Shown here piece by piece: positions 42,537 through 52,353 of a stretch of 64,000 nt of DNA. Numbering within the stretch: the stretch's first letter is position 1; each line of letters begins with the position of its first letter. Under the pieces are notes generated by a model. It searched no databases, was not told the DNA's origin, and saw only the letters and a program-made list of their open reading frames with translations. This DNA is from an uncultured delta proteobacterium. GTDB lineage: Bacteria; Myxococcota; Myxococcia; Myxococcales; Anaeromyxobacteraceae. Where the stretch lies: positions 1 through 64,000 of the forward strand of contig CAWFDF010000003.1 of NCBI GenBank assembly GCA_963814585.1. Reading direction: 5' to 3'. The position numbers and the translations under genes are program-made.

Positions 42537-44915
42537 TCAGCTCGCCGCCGGCCCGAACAGCCCCAGCTGGCCCCCCTCGCCGAGCCAGCCGTCGGCGGAG
42601 AGGCCGACGGCCGAGGCGATCGACCGGGCGATGGGCAGGAGCTGCCGGTCCCGGTAGTGGGCGTGGTCGAGCGGAGAGCCGCTGCGCGCCTCGATCGGCT
42701 CGGCGCCGGCGCGGGTCATGACGTAGTCGACGCGCCCGCGGCGGTCGGTCCAGCCGAGCAGCCGCGCCGCCCTCACCTGCGGCGTCGCCGCGTCGTAGTC
42801 CCTGGCCGCCCGCCGGAGCGCCTTGCGGTAGGTGAGCTCGGCGTCGAGCTCGCCGCGGGCCAGCTGGGCGGCGATCTCCAGGCAGTAGGCCCGCAGCGCC
42901 GCCTCCGGCTCCCCGGCGAAGAGCCGCCGCAGCAGCTCCACCTGGAAGCGGCGGGCCAGCGGCGTGAAGTCGCTCCGGACCGCCTCCATGCCTCGCACCT
43001 CCACCTCGGTCGAGCCGTCGGCCGCGAGCAGGAGCCCGGCGTAGCCCTTGCCGCGCCCCCGGCCGTCGGGGCTCGAGTCCCCCTTGAGCCGCGGGATGAA
43101 GAAGCGCCGGTAGAGCTTCTCGCAGCGCATCACCAGGTGGGACTCGACGTCGAAGTCGCGCCGGATCCGCCCGGCCAGGTGCCGGTTCAGCTCCGCGGCG
43201 AGCGCCCCGCCGAGCCGGGAGAGCGCCTCGTGGCTGGCCGCGTCGTCGAGGCCCGACAGGACGAAGACCGAGTCGGTGTCGCCGTAGAGGACGTGGTGCC
43301 CGCGCTCCTCGAACCAGTCGCGCGCGGCCCGGAGGAAGAGCTGCCCGAAGGAGGTGATGGCGCCGGCCAGCTCGGTGCGGGCGTAACGGCAACCCGTGGC
43401 GCCGAGCACGCCGTAGAAGGAGTTCTGGAGGATCTTGTAGACGTAGGCGGCCGTGTCGTCGCCGGCCCGCAGCGCGGCCTCCCGCTCCACCGCGTACCTC
43501 GAGAGGATGGCCGGGAGGATCCCCTCGGTCCGGTCGAAGCGGGCGCCGTTGGGCGCGACGATGTCGCCGGGCCCGGGCCGCGCCTCGGCGCGGGCGTGGG
43601 CGAGCGGGTCGACGTGGAACGTCCGCATCAGCGAGGGGTAGAGGCTGCGGAAGTCGAAGACCAGCACGTTCGGGAACAGCCCGGCCTCGGCCTCGAGCAC
43701 CACCCCGCCCGCAGCCCCGGAGACGTCGGCGTCGCTGCGCTCCGGGGGCACGACGCGACGCGCCCGCAGCGCGGTCCCGTAGATGCGCTCGAAGGCAGGG
43801 ATGCTGGTCCAGGCCAGATCGAGCGAGACGCCGGTCAGCGCCGCCCGCCGGGCCGTCAGCGTGTCGAGGCCGGTCCTGGCCAGGATCTCCAGCACCAGCT
43901 CCGAGTCGCGCAGGCAGTAGGCGCAGAAGCGCTCCGGCTCCTCCCGCCGCAGCCGCTCGAGCTCCTCCACCTTGGCCTCGCCGCGCAGGGAGACGGTCTT
44001 GCCCTCGCCGAGGACGGCGTGCGCCACGCCGTCGAGCGAGAAGTCGTCGAGGCGGCGCCCCGAGGCGCGCACCAGGCGCAGCCCGTCGAGCACCGCGCGC
44101 CCGGGGAGCTCGGCGGTGTGCCTCGCGCCAGGGCTCGCACGCACGGTGAGATCGCCTCGGGTCCGCCCCGCGTCGAACGGGATCCCGTGTGCCCGGCAGC
44201 GGCCGGCCAGGATCCGGAGGTCGAAGTCGATGACGTTCCAGCCGGTGACGACGTCGGGATCGCGCCCCCGGAGCCGCGCCGCCAGCGCCGCCAGCAGCGC
44301 CGCCTCGGTCGGGTGGCTGATGACCGCGGACGACGGCAGCGCTGGCCCGACGAAGTGCACCTCCCCGGGCCCCTTCGGGCCGGCGAGGGAGGCGGCGGTG
44401 ACGGTGCCGGCCCGGTCGGTCTCGATGTCGAGGGCGAGCCAGGCGAGCGGGGGCGTGGTGGTCGCCGGCGTGAGCGCCGGGTCCACGAAGACCACGTCGA
44501 CCCGGCGGCCGGGGGTCGGCTCGCCGCGAATCGAGACGGGCCCGGTCAGGCCCAGCGCGAGGAGGGCCTCCGTGGCCCGGGCGCGCTCGACACCCCGGCC
44601 CGGGACGCCGGCGGCGGCCAGCCGGGCCAGCGCGTCCTCCGGCGAGCCCTTCCCGAGGTCGATGCGGGCGAGCGGGTCACCGGCGAGGTCGGCCCACGGC
44701 GCCACGTCGAGCGCGGCGTCGTGGGAGCGGGCGAGCAGGTCGAGCGCGCCGGGCCCATCCGCCGCGGCCACGAAGACCGCCGGCGGCGGCGCGGGGAGCA
44801 GGAGGGCGAAGCTGCGTCCGTCCTCGAGCCGGCCGGTGGCCAGGAGGCGGCGCGCCGCCGCTCCACGCCCGCGCTCCTCCCAGGCCGAGACGATGAACCC
44901 GCGCACCTCGGTCAC
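42537..44915 (-). CDS. polB: DNA polymerase II (family B)
   Basis: Exo motifs LDIET, GWNVIDFD, YCLRD; Pol motifs DFRSLYPS, KILQNSFYG, YGDTDS; C-terminal QLGLF clamp-binding motif. Confidence 0.95.
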   Translation of the reverse strand: MTEVRGFIVSAWEERGRGAAARRLLATGRLEDGRSFALLLPAPPPAVFVAAADGPGALDLLARSHDAALDVAPWADLAGDPLARIDLGKGSPEDALARLAAAGVPGRGVERARATEALLALGLTGPVSIRGEPTPGRRVDVVFVDPALTPATTTPPLAWLALDIETDRAGTVTAASLAGPKGPGEVHFVGPALPSSAVISHPTEAALLAALAARLRGRDPDVVTGWNVIDFDLRILAGRCRAHGIPFDAGRTRGDLTVRASPGARHTAELPGRAVLDGLRLVRASGRRLDDFSLDGVAHAVLGEGKTVSLRGEAKVEELERLRREEPERFCAYCLRDSELVLEILARTGLDTLTARRAALTGVSLDLAWTSIPAFERIYGTALRARRVVPPERSDADVSGAAGGVVLEAEAGLFPNVLVFDFRSLYPSLMRTFHVDPLAHARAEARPGPGDIVAPNGARFDRTEGILPAILSRYAVEREAALRAGDDTAAYVYKILQNSFYGVLGATGCRYARTELAGAITSFGQLFLRAARDWFEERGHHVLYGDTDSVFVLSGLDDAASHEALSRLGGALAAELNRHLAGRIRRDFDVESHLVMRCEKLYRRFFIPRLKGDSSPDGRGRGKGYAGLLLAADGSTEVEVRGMEAVRSDFTPLARRFQVELLRRLFAGEPEAALRAYCLEIAAQLARGELDAELTYRKALRRAARDYDAATPQVRAARLLGWTDRRGRVDYVMTRAGAEPIEARSGSPLDHAHYRDRQLLPIARSIASAVGLSADGWLGEGGQLGLFGPAAS

Positions 44916-44964
44916 CGGTTCACCCTCCGCCAGGGGTCCAGCCGCCGTCGCGGTGGCACGCGGT

Positions 44965-45416
44965 TCAGTCGGCCCGGGCGTGAAGGCTGGCGCCGAGCCA
45001 GGCGCACGGGACGGAGCTGAGCGCCAGCAGGATCGGGTACCAGGCCGGGCCCAGGTCGGCGGAGATGGCCGCGACGGCACCGAGCGAGCCGAGGACGAGG
45101 CCGATTCCCCCAGGACCAGCGCGTGGCGCATGGGCCGGCGCGGCGCCGCCCGCGCGGTGAGGTAGCTCCCCAGCACGGCGATGGGGAGCCGGTAGGCGAG
45201 GGCCAGGAGGTTGAGGGCCGGGCTGTGCATGGGCTGGCCCCAGGGCGGGTAGACGTGGAGCAGGTGGAGCAGCTGGTCCGTGCCGAGCGAGAGGGCGAAG
45301 ATGGTGACCAGGCCGAGGAGCACGGCGCCGACGCTGCGCGGCACGCTCCCCGGCTGGGACGAGGCTGGTTCGGTCGCAGGCAAGGCGGACCTCCCGGTTG
45401 GGGCCTTTCTGGTCAT
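44965..45416 (-). CDS. Hypothetical membrane protein, frameshift near 45105
   Basis: RSVGAVLLG..LSLGTD, LALAYR, A..AP.RPM.HAL.LG; alternative frame ends GPAWYP..L..PCAWLG-stop. Confidence 0.7.
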
Positions 45417-45609
45417 AGCGGCCGGCGCCGGCAGCTGCCAGCGCCCACCGAGGTGACGCTCCCGGCTCGCGGACCGACGACGGCTTCGCCAGGACAGTCT
45501 AGTCACTACGGGTCAACTCGAGTTCCCGCCACCCTTCCTCGGGAACTTGCCTTCCCATGCCCCTCGGGTGGCCGGGGAGCCGGGCGGACCGCGGGACGGA
45601 GGAGGACTC

Positions 45610-46602
45610 GTGAAGGCCTACACCTACGACCGGTACGGACCGCCCGAGGTCCTCCAGCTGACGGAGGTCCCGAAGCCGTTGCCCGGAGACCACGAGGTCC
45701 TCGTCAGGATCCGGGCGACCACGGTCACCTCGGGCGACTGGAGGGTTCGCAGCCTCGAGGTCCCGCGAGGCTTCAAGCTCCTCTCCCGGCTGGCGCTGGG
45801 CTTCTCCAGGCCGCGACAGCCCATCCTGGGGACCGAGCTCTCCGGCGAGATCGAGTCGGTCGGGAAGGCGGTCACCCGCTTCCGGGTGGGCGACCAGGTC
45901 TTCGGCTTCACCGGCGCCCGCATGGGCTGCCACGCCGAGTACCGGTGCCTCCCCGAGGAGGGGCATGGGCGGAAGGACGAGGCGGTGGCGCTCAAGCCGG
46001 CCAGCCTGGGCCACGAGGAGGCGGCGGCCCTGTCCTTCGGCGGCACGACCGCGCTCAGCTTCTACCGGAAGGCGAGCCTCCAGCGCGGGGAGCGGGTGCT
46101 GGTGATCGGCGCCTCGGGCGGGGTGGGGACCGCCGCGGTGCAGCTGGCCCGGCACTTCGGGGCCCAGGTGACCGGCGTGTGCAGCACGGCCAACCTCGAG
46201 CTGGTGCGGTCGCTCGGGGCCGGCCGGGTGATCGACTACACCAGGGAGGACTTCACCCGGAACGGCGAGGCCTACGACGTCATCGTCGACACGGCCGGCA
46301 CCGCCCCCTTCTCGCGCTGCAGGGGGTCGCTCGCCGAGGGGGGGCGGCTGCTCCTGGTCCTGGGCTCGCTCCCCGAGATGCTGCGAGCTCCCTGGGTGTC
46401 GCTCACGTCGACCCGGAGGATCATCGGCGGCGAGGCCAGCTGGAGCGTGGAGGACCTGCGCGTCCTGGCGGTCCTCGCCGAGTCCGGGGAGTTCAGGCCG
46501 GTGATCGATCGGCGTTACCGCTTCGAGGAGATGGTCGATGCCCACCGCCACGTGGACGCGGGGCACAAGCGGGGGAACGTCGTCGTGACGGTGTCCGGGT
46601 AG
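45610..46602 (+). CDS. MDR-superfamily NAD(P)-dependent oxidoreductase
   Basis: YGPPEVL, VLVIGASGGVGTAAVQLA, VIDYT.EDF, PVIDR.Y, GHK.GNVV. Confidence 0.92.
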   Translation: MKAYTYDRYGPPEVLQLTEVPKPLPGDHEVLVRIRATTVTSGDWRVRSLEVPRGFKLLSRLALGFSRPRQPILGTELSGEIESVGKAVTRFRVGDQVFGFTGARMGCHAEYRCLPEEGHGRKDEAVALKPASLGHEEAAALSFGGTTALSFYRKASLQRGERVLVIGASGGVGTAAVQLARHFGAQVTGVCSTANLELVRSLGAGRVIDYTREDFTRNGEAYDVIVDTAGTAPFSRCRGSLAEGGRLLLVLGSLPEMLRAPWVSLTSTRRIIGGEASWSVEDLRVLAVLAESGEFRPVIDRRYRFEEMVDAHRHVDAGHKRGNVVVTVSG

Positions 46603-46633
46603 GCCGCTCCAGGGCCCGGCGAGGAGACGAACC

Positions 46634-47396
46634 ATGGACGGCGGCCAGAAGGTCCTCCTCCTCGGTGCCACCGGGCGCACCGGCCGGCTCGTGCTGGAGC
46701 AGCTCCTCGAGCGGGGCGTCGGCGTCCGCGCCATCGTGCGCTCGGCCCGCGGGCTCCCGGCGGGCGCCGCGGGCCACCCGCGACTGGAGGTGGTGGAGGC
46801 CGGCCTCCTGTCGCTTCCCGACGAGGCGCTGCGGAACCAGCTCCAGGGGTGCCAGGCGGTGGTGTCCTGCCTCGGCCACGTCCTCAACGCCAAGGGGATT
46901 CTGGGGGAAGCCGCGGGACCTGGTCACCAGGGCCACGGCGCGGCTGTGCCGGGGGATCGAGGCGCTCCGGCCCGCCGCGCCGGTCAAGCTGGTGCTGATG
47001 AGCAGCGTCTCCGTGATGCGGCCAGGCCGCCTCGACGCGCGCCGGGGCGGACTGGAGCGGGCGTTCATGGGCCTGGTTCGCGGCCTGCTCCCCCCGGCCA
47101 GGGACAACCAGCGGGCCGCCGACTTCCTCCTGGCGGAGGTCGGGGCCAGCCACCCGTTCCTCCAGTGGGTGGTGGTCCGGCCGGACACGCTCCTGGCCGG
47201 GGAGCTCACCCGGTATGCGCTGCACGACGGGCTGGTGAACGGCCTCTTCGATCCCGGCAGCACCAGCATGGCCAGCGTCGCCCACTTCATGTGCGAGCTG
47301 GTGACGAACCCCGAGGCGTGGGCGACCTGGCGGGGAAAGCTCCCCGTCATCGTCAACGCCGCCGCACCGGACGCCACCGCCACCGCTCCCGGCTGA
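46634..47396 (+). CDS. NAD(P)H-binding protein (NAD_binding_10-like), frameshift near 46905
   Basis: LLLGATGRTG, AVVSCLG, WVVVRPD.L, VAHFM. Confidence 0.85.
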
Positions 47397-47614
47397 ACGG
47401 CGCGGTAGGTCGAGGGAGAACCTGCCGAGGCCCGGCTGAGTGGCGCGATGGGGTCCAGCACGGCGCCTGCCTTGGCAGTGGACCCCCTTCCCGACCGGAT
47501 CAGTCGCCAGTGGATGCCGGCTCGTCGCCCGCGGCCAGGTCGCCAGCAAGGCAGAGGCCCCGCGGTCGGTGGACCGTGGGGCCTCTCCATCCCTGCCGCG
47601 TGAGCGCGACCGGG

Positions 47615-48718
47615 CTACGGCGTCGGCTCGACGACCGTGCTGGCGTCGATGGCGACCGCGGTCTGCGCCAGCAACCTGCCGTTGACCGACGCGCCGGTGC
47701 GCAGCGTGATCGAGGTCTGGCTCAGCACCACACCCTCGAGGTGGGCCGTGGTGCCGAGGTCCACCAGGCCGGCGACCTGCCAGACGACGTTCCTGGGAAG
47801 GGCGCCGCCGGCCAGGTTGATCCGGACGCCGCTGCTCAGCGTGAGGTCCTGGGCGATCTGGAAGATCCAGACGTCCGTGGCCAGGCCGGTGAGCGTGAGG
47901 TCACTGGGGATGAGGAGGCCCGTCCCCCACTTGTAGACGCCCGGGGCCAGGTTCATGCCGCCCACGTTGCCGGCGCCCAGCTCGGTGACGCCCGGAGCGC
48001 GCCCGGCCGCGTCGGTGAAGGCCAGCCCCATGTCGGCGATCGCCGTGGTCAGGTTGGAGGGCGTGGGCACGGCATAGTCGGCGGCGTAGACCTTCCCGGT
48101 CACCTGCGGCGAGCTCGAGAAGGCGTTGGTGGCGTCGGCGATCAGCGAGAAGCCGGTGATGTAGGTGGCAGCCGCCGGGCTGACGCCGAGGTTCCCGATG
48201 ATGACGGAGGCCGGGACCGTGGAGATTCCGCTCTGGGCGAGGATGGCGAAGCCGCCAGCCGATCCGAGGTTCACCGGGAGCCCCGGAGCCAGGACCGACC
48301 CGGTGCCGAAGCTCCAGGCGGTCTTCGTGGCCATGGCCATGCCCGAGGCGCTCCTGGCGCCCGTGGTGATGGTCGCGGTGTAGGAACCGTTGCTGTCGAA
48401 GTGGGCGGCTGGCCAGAACTCCACCCTGGAGCTGGCGTACACCACGGTACCGGCGACGGGGATCGAGTTGACGCCCGAGGTCAGGGTGAAGGTGGCCCCG
48501 GTCAGCGAGGCCGGATCCATCGCTTCACTGAAGGTGGCGCTGACGCTCCCGTTGAGGGCCACGTCGATGGCGCCGTTGACGGGAACGCTGGAGAGGACGG
48601 TGGGTGCGACGGGTCCAGCCGGCAGGTCTGCCGGGGAAGTCCCGCCGCAGGCCGAGAACAAGGTGAGGAGCGTGAACGCGGCGGCTCCCCCGAGCAGATG
48701 CGACCTGAAGTTCATCAT
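47615..48718 (-). CDS. Lipoprotein with Ig-like domain + DUF3494 ice-binding domain
   Basis: Lipobox FSAC; ATFSEAMD..SL; VNLGSAG.FAILA..GIS, GNLGVSP, AFTDAAGR, LAPGVYKW, WIFQI, WQVAG, GRLLAQTAV. Confidence 0.9.
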   Translation of the reverse strand: MMNFRSHLLGGAAAFTLLTLFSACGGTSPADLPAGPVAPTVLSSVPVNGAIDVALNGSVSATFSEAMDPASLTGATFTLTSGVNSIPVAGTVVYASSRVEFWPAAHFDSNGSYTATITTGARSASGMAMATKTAWSFGTGSVLAPGLPVNLGSAGGFAILAQSGISTVPASVIIGNLGVSPAAATYITGFSLIADATNAFSSSPQVTGKVYAADYAVPTPSNLTTAIADMGLAFTDAAGRAPGVTELGAGNVGGMNLAPGVYKWGTGLLIPSDLTLTGLATDVWIFQIAQDLTLSSGVRINLAGGALPRNVVWQVAGLVDLGTTAHLEGVVLSQTSITLRTGASVNGRLLAQTAVAIDASTVVEPTP

Positions 48719-49065
48719 GTCGTACTCCGTGGTGCGAGTGAGTGGTGGGGACTCGGGTACGGCGCTCCGCCGGGGGCGGGGCCTCCTCCGTCTCTTCCGG
48801 ACCAAGAGCAGCTTCCGGGCCACCGGTGCCGGCCGAGCAAGATCAGGTCCTTGGCGGCCTTCGCGCCCCGCGCCACCCGGTGGGCCCTTCAAACTGATAC
48901 GGTTCATCCATCAGTTCGAAGGAGGAGCGCGGCGGAACGCAGCGCTCCGGCCCCACAACATCCCGGATTCAGGCGACGCCCCTGGTGGCTCCACTGTTGC
49001 AGACCTTGGTGGAGGTCTCCCTTGGCTTCGCTCGTCTTTCCTGCCGGAGGCCCGAGGTCATCGCC

Positions 49066-50814
49066 ATGAACCCAGCCACCACCGCCGCCAACGACGGCTC
49101 CCGCCGCGCCGAAGTCATCACCGAGGGCCGACGCCAGGAGGCCCTGCTGACGGCGGAGGCCCTCCAGAACGCCATCTTCAACAGCGCCAACTTCTCCAGC
49201 ATCGCCACCGATGCCAGGGGCGTCATCCAGATCTTCAACGTCGGCGCCGAGCGGATGCTCGGGTACACCGCCGCCGAGGTGATGAACCAGATCACGCCAG
49301 CCGACATCTCGGATCCGCAGGAGGTGATCGCGCGCGCCACCGCCCTGAGCCTCGAGTTCTCCACCGAGATCGCGCCGGGCTTCGAGGCCCTGGTCTTCAA
49401 GGCCTCGCGCGAGATCGAGGACATCTACGAGCTGACCTACATCCGCAAGGATGGGAGCCGCTTCCCGGCCATGGTGTCGGTCACGGCGCTGCGCGACGAG
49501 TCCGGCGCCATCATCGGATACCTCCTCATCGGCACCGACAACACCGCCCGCAAGCGGGTGGAGGCCGAGCAACAGAAGCTCGACCAGCTCCTGCGCGATC
49601 AGAACGTCGAGCTGAACGCCGCCAAGGTGGTCGCCGAGAAGGCCAACCTGGCGAAGTCCGACTTCCTCTCCAGCATGAGCCACGAGCTCCGCTCCCCGCT
49701 CAACGGGATCCTGGGCTTCGCCCAGCTGATGGAGTCCGAGCTGCCTCCGCCGACGCCGCGCCAGCAGGAGAGCATCGGCCAGATCCTCCAGGCCGGCTGG
49801 CACCTGCTCAAGCTCATCAACGAGATCCTCGATCTCGCCAAGGTCGAGTCGGGGAAGCTGGCGCTGTCGCCGGAGTCGGTGTCGCTCGCCGAGGTCATGG
49901 TCGAGTGCCAGGCCCTGGTCGAGGGGCAGGCGCAGAAGCGCGGCATCCAGATCACCTTCCCCCAGTCCAACGTCCCCTTCTTCGTCCGCGCCGATCGGAC
50001 CAGGCTGAAGCAGGTCCTCATCAACCTCCTCTCCAATGCGGTCAAGTACAACCGCACGCTGGGAACGGTCGAGGTGCGATGCGCCGCCGGCACGCCGGGG
50101 CGCATCCGGGTCAGCATCCGCGACACCGGCGTGGGCCTGTCTCCGGAGCGGCGTGCGCAGCTGTTCCAGCCCTTCAACCGGCTGGGACAGGAGGCCAGCG
50201 GCGTCGAGGGCACCGGCATCGGGCTGGTGGTGGCCAAGCAGCTCATCGAGCTGATGGAGGGCGTCATCGGCGTGGAGAGCGCGGTGGGCGTGGGAAGCAC
50301 CTTCTGGTTCGAGCTGGTGGCCGCCACCGAGCCGCAGTTCGCGCTGAGCAGCGGGGAGCCGGACATGCCCGCGCCGTCGCTGGTCCAGGGCAGCCGGCCG
50401 GTGCGACTGCTGCTCTACGTGGAAGACAACCTCGCCAACCTGAAGCTGGTCGAGCGGCTCATCGAGCGCCGGCCCGACCTCTCCCTGATCAGCGCGGTGA
50501 CCGGGGCCCGTGGCATCCAGCTGGCGCGCTCGCGCCGGCCCGACGTGGTCCTGATGGACATCAACCTGCCCGACATGAGCGGCCTCGAGGCCCTGGTGGT
50601 CCTGCGAGGGGACCCGGCCACGGCGCACATCCCCGTCATCGCCATCAGCGCCAACGCCATGCCGCACGACATCAACAAGGGCCGGCAGGCAGGGTTCTTC
50701 GAGTACCTCACCAAGCCCATCAAGGTGAACGAGTTCACCGAGACGCTCGACGCCGCGCTGGAGCTGGCGGGGCAGCGGTCGGGGCGGGCGCCCGCTCCTG
50801 GAGTGCCGGCGTGA
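49066..50814 (+). CDS. PAS-domain hybrid sensor histidine kinase (HisKA-HATPase-REC)
   Basis: PAS FN.GAERMLGY..RKDGS; FLSSMSHELRSPLN; NLLSNAVKY; DTGVG; GTGIGL; VEDN..LMD..YLTKP. Confidence 0.95.
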   Translation: MNPATTAANDGSRRAEVITEGRRQEALLTAEALQNAIFNSANFSSIATDARGVIQIFNVGAERMLGYTAAEVMNQITPADISDPQEVIARATALSLEFSTEIAPGFEALVFKASREIEDIYELTYIRKDGSRFPAMVSVTALRDESGAIIGYLLIGTDNTARKRVEAEQQKLDQLLRDQNVELNAAKVVAEKANLAKSDFLSSMSHELRSPLNGILGFAQLMESELPPPTPRQQESIGQILQAGWHLLKLINEILDLAKVESGKLALSPESVSLAEVMVECQALVEGQAQKRGIQITFPQSNVPFFVRADRTRLKQVLINLLSNAVKYNRTLGTVEVRCAAGTPGRIRVSIRDTGVGLSPERRAQLFQPFNRLGQEASGVEGTGIGLVVAKQLIELMEGVIGVESAVGVGSTFWFELVAATEPQFALSSGEPDMPAPSLVQGSRPVRLLLYVEDNLANLKLVERLIERRPDLSLISAVTGARGIQLARSRRPDVVLMDINLPDMSGLEALVVLRGDPATAHIPVIAISANAMPHDINKGRQAGFFEYLTKPIKVNEFTETLDAALELAGQRSGRAPAPGVPA

Positions 50815-52325
50815 TCGGCGCCAGCGAGGTTCGCGCCGGCAAGATCCTGATCGTCGACGACCAGGAGGCCAACGTGCGGCTGCTCGAGCGTGCGCTGGGC
50901 GACGCCGGCTACACCGGCCTCGCCTCGACCGTCCGGCCAGGGGAGGTCTGCGAGCTTCACCGGGCCAACCGCTACGACCTCATCCTGCTCGACCTGGTCA
51001 TGCCCGGGATGGATGGCTTCCAGGTGATGGAGGGGCTGAAGGAGCTCGAGGAGGACGGCTACCTCCCCGTCCTGGTGGTCACCGCCCAGCCCGAGCACAA
51101 GCTGCGAGCGCTGCGCGCCGGCGCCAGGGACTTCGTCAGCAAGCCCCTGGACCTCGCCGAGGTGGTGGCCCGCGTCCACAACCTGCTCGAGGTCCGCCTC
51201 CTGCACCAGGAGACGAGGCGCCTCTACGAGCAGGTGGTGGCCGAGCAGGCGGCGCAGCGGGTGCTGGAGCGCGCGCTGCTGGAGTCCCGGGCAGCCACCG
51301 AGCGGGCCGAGCTGGAGCACCAGCGGGCGCTGGCCCGCGCCGCGCTGAAGGTCGAGGAGCCGCAGGGCATGGTCGCCAGGAGCCCCGCCATGCGGCAGCT
51401 GATCGACCTGGCCCGCCGCGTGGCCCGGGTCGACTCGACGGTCCTCATCACCGGAGAGAGCGGGTCGGGCAAGGAGCGCATCGCGCGGCTGGTCCACGAG
51501 GAGTCCACCAGGTCGGCCGGCCCGTTCATCGCGGTCAACTGCGGCGCCATCACCGAGACCCTCCTGGAGAGCGAGCTGTTCGGGCACGTGCGGGGCGCGT
51601 TCACGGGCGCGACCCAGGACCGGCCGGGCCTGTTCGAGGCCGCCGACGGTGGGACCCTGCTGCTCGACGAGGTCGGAGAGGTGTCGCCGGCCATGCAGGT
51701 CAAGCTCCTGAGGGCGATCCAGGAGCGCGAGGTCCGGCGCGTCGGCGAGAACCGGATCCGCCGGGTCGACGTGCGCATCCTGGCTGCCACCAACCGCGAT
51801 CTCGCCCACGGGGTGGCAGGCGGCGCCTTCCGGCAGGACCTCTACTACCGGCTCAAGGTGGTCGAGCTGCGGGTGCCTGCCCTGCGCGAGCGCCCGGAGG
51901 ACCTGCTGCCGCTGGCCCGGGTCCTCCTGTCCGGCGTTGCGCTGCGGATGAAGCGCCCCGTCCCCGGCCTCTCCCGGGAGGCCGCCGAGCAGCTGGCGCG
52001 CTTCTCCTGGCCAGGGAACGTGCGCGAGCTCGAGAACGCCATGGAGCGCTCGGTGGCGCTGGCGAGAGGTGCCCGCGTGGAGCTCGATGACCTGCCCGAG
52101 GAGGTCCGGCAAGCGCCTTCCCTCCCGGTGGTCGCCAGCGGGGCGGTGCGGCCGCTGGAGGAGATCGAGAAGGACTACATCCTCTCGGCGCTGGCGCTGA
52201 ACGGTGGGCATCAGACCAACACCGCCGCTCAGCTCCAGATCGGCTCGGCGACGCTCTACCGCAAGCTCAAGAGTTACGGCCTGATCGGCGCCAGGCGCGC
52301 CAGCCAGCGGGTCGAGCCGGCCTGA
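50811..52325 (+). CDS. REC + sigma-54 enhancer-binding AAA+ + Fis-HTH response regulator
   Basis: [51 protein letters not shown]. Confidence 0.95.
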   Translation: MIGASEVRAGKILIVDDQEANVRLLERALGDAGYTGLASTVRPGEVCELHRANRYDLILLDLVMPGMDGFQVMEGLKELEEDGYLPVLVVTAQPEHKLRALRAGARDFVSKPLDLAEVVARVHNLLEVRLLHQETRRLYEQVVAEQAAQRVLERALLESRAATERAELEHQRALARAALKVEEPQGMVARSPAMRQLIDLARRVARVDSTVLITGESGSGKERIARLVHEESTRSAGPFIAVNCGAITETLLESELFGHVRGAFTGATQDRPGLFEAADGGTLLLDEVGEVSPAMQVKLLRAIQEREVRRVGENRIRRVDVRILAATNRDLAHGVAGGAFRQDLYYRLKVVELRVPALRERPEDLLPLARVLLSGVALRMKRPVPGLSREAAEQLARFSWPGNVRELENAMERSVALARGARVELDDLPEEVRQAPSLPVVASGAVRPLEEIEKDYILSALALNGGHQTNTAAQLQIGSATLYRKLKSYGLIGARRASQRVEPA

Positions 52326-52353
52326 CGGCGTCGCGGCAGCGGGCCGTGACCCG

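Noticed and set aside
42537..45506. 989-aa membrane-anchored DNA polymerase fusion
   Set aside because: A frameshift near 45105 joins a separate membrane-protein gene (own stop at 44965) to polB, which has its own start at 44915.
48390..50810. 1311-aa ORF as one giant regulator
   Set aside because: The N-terminal 800 aa are an off-frame shadow of the ice-binding and kinase genes; the real regulator starts at GTG 50811.
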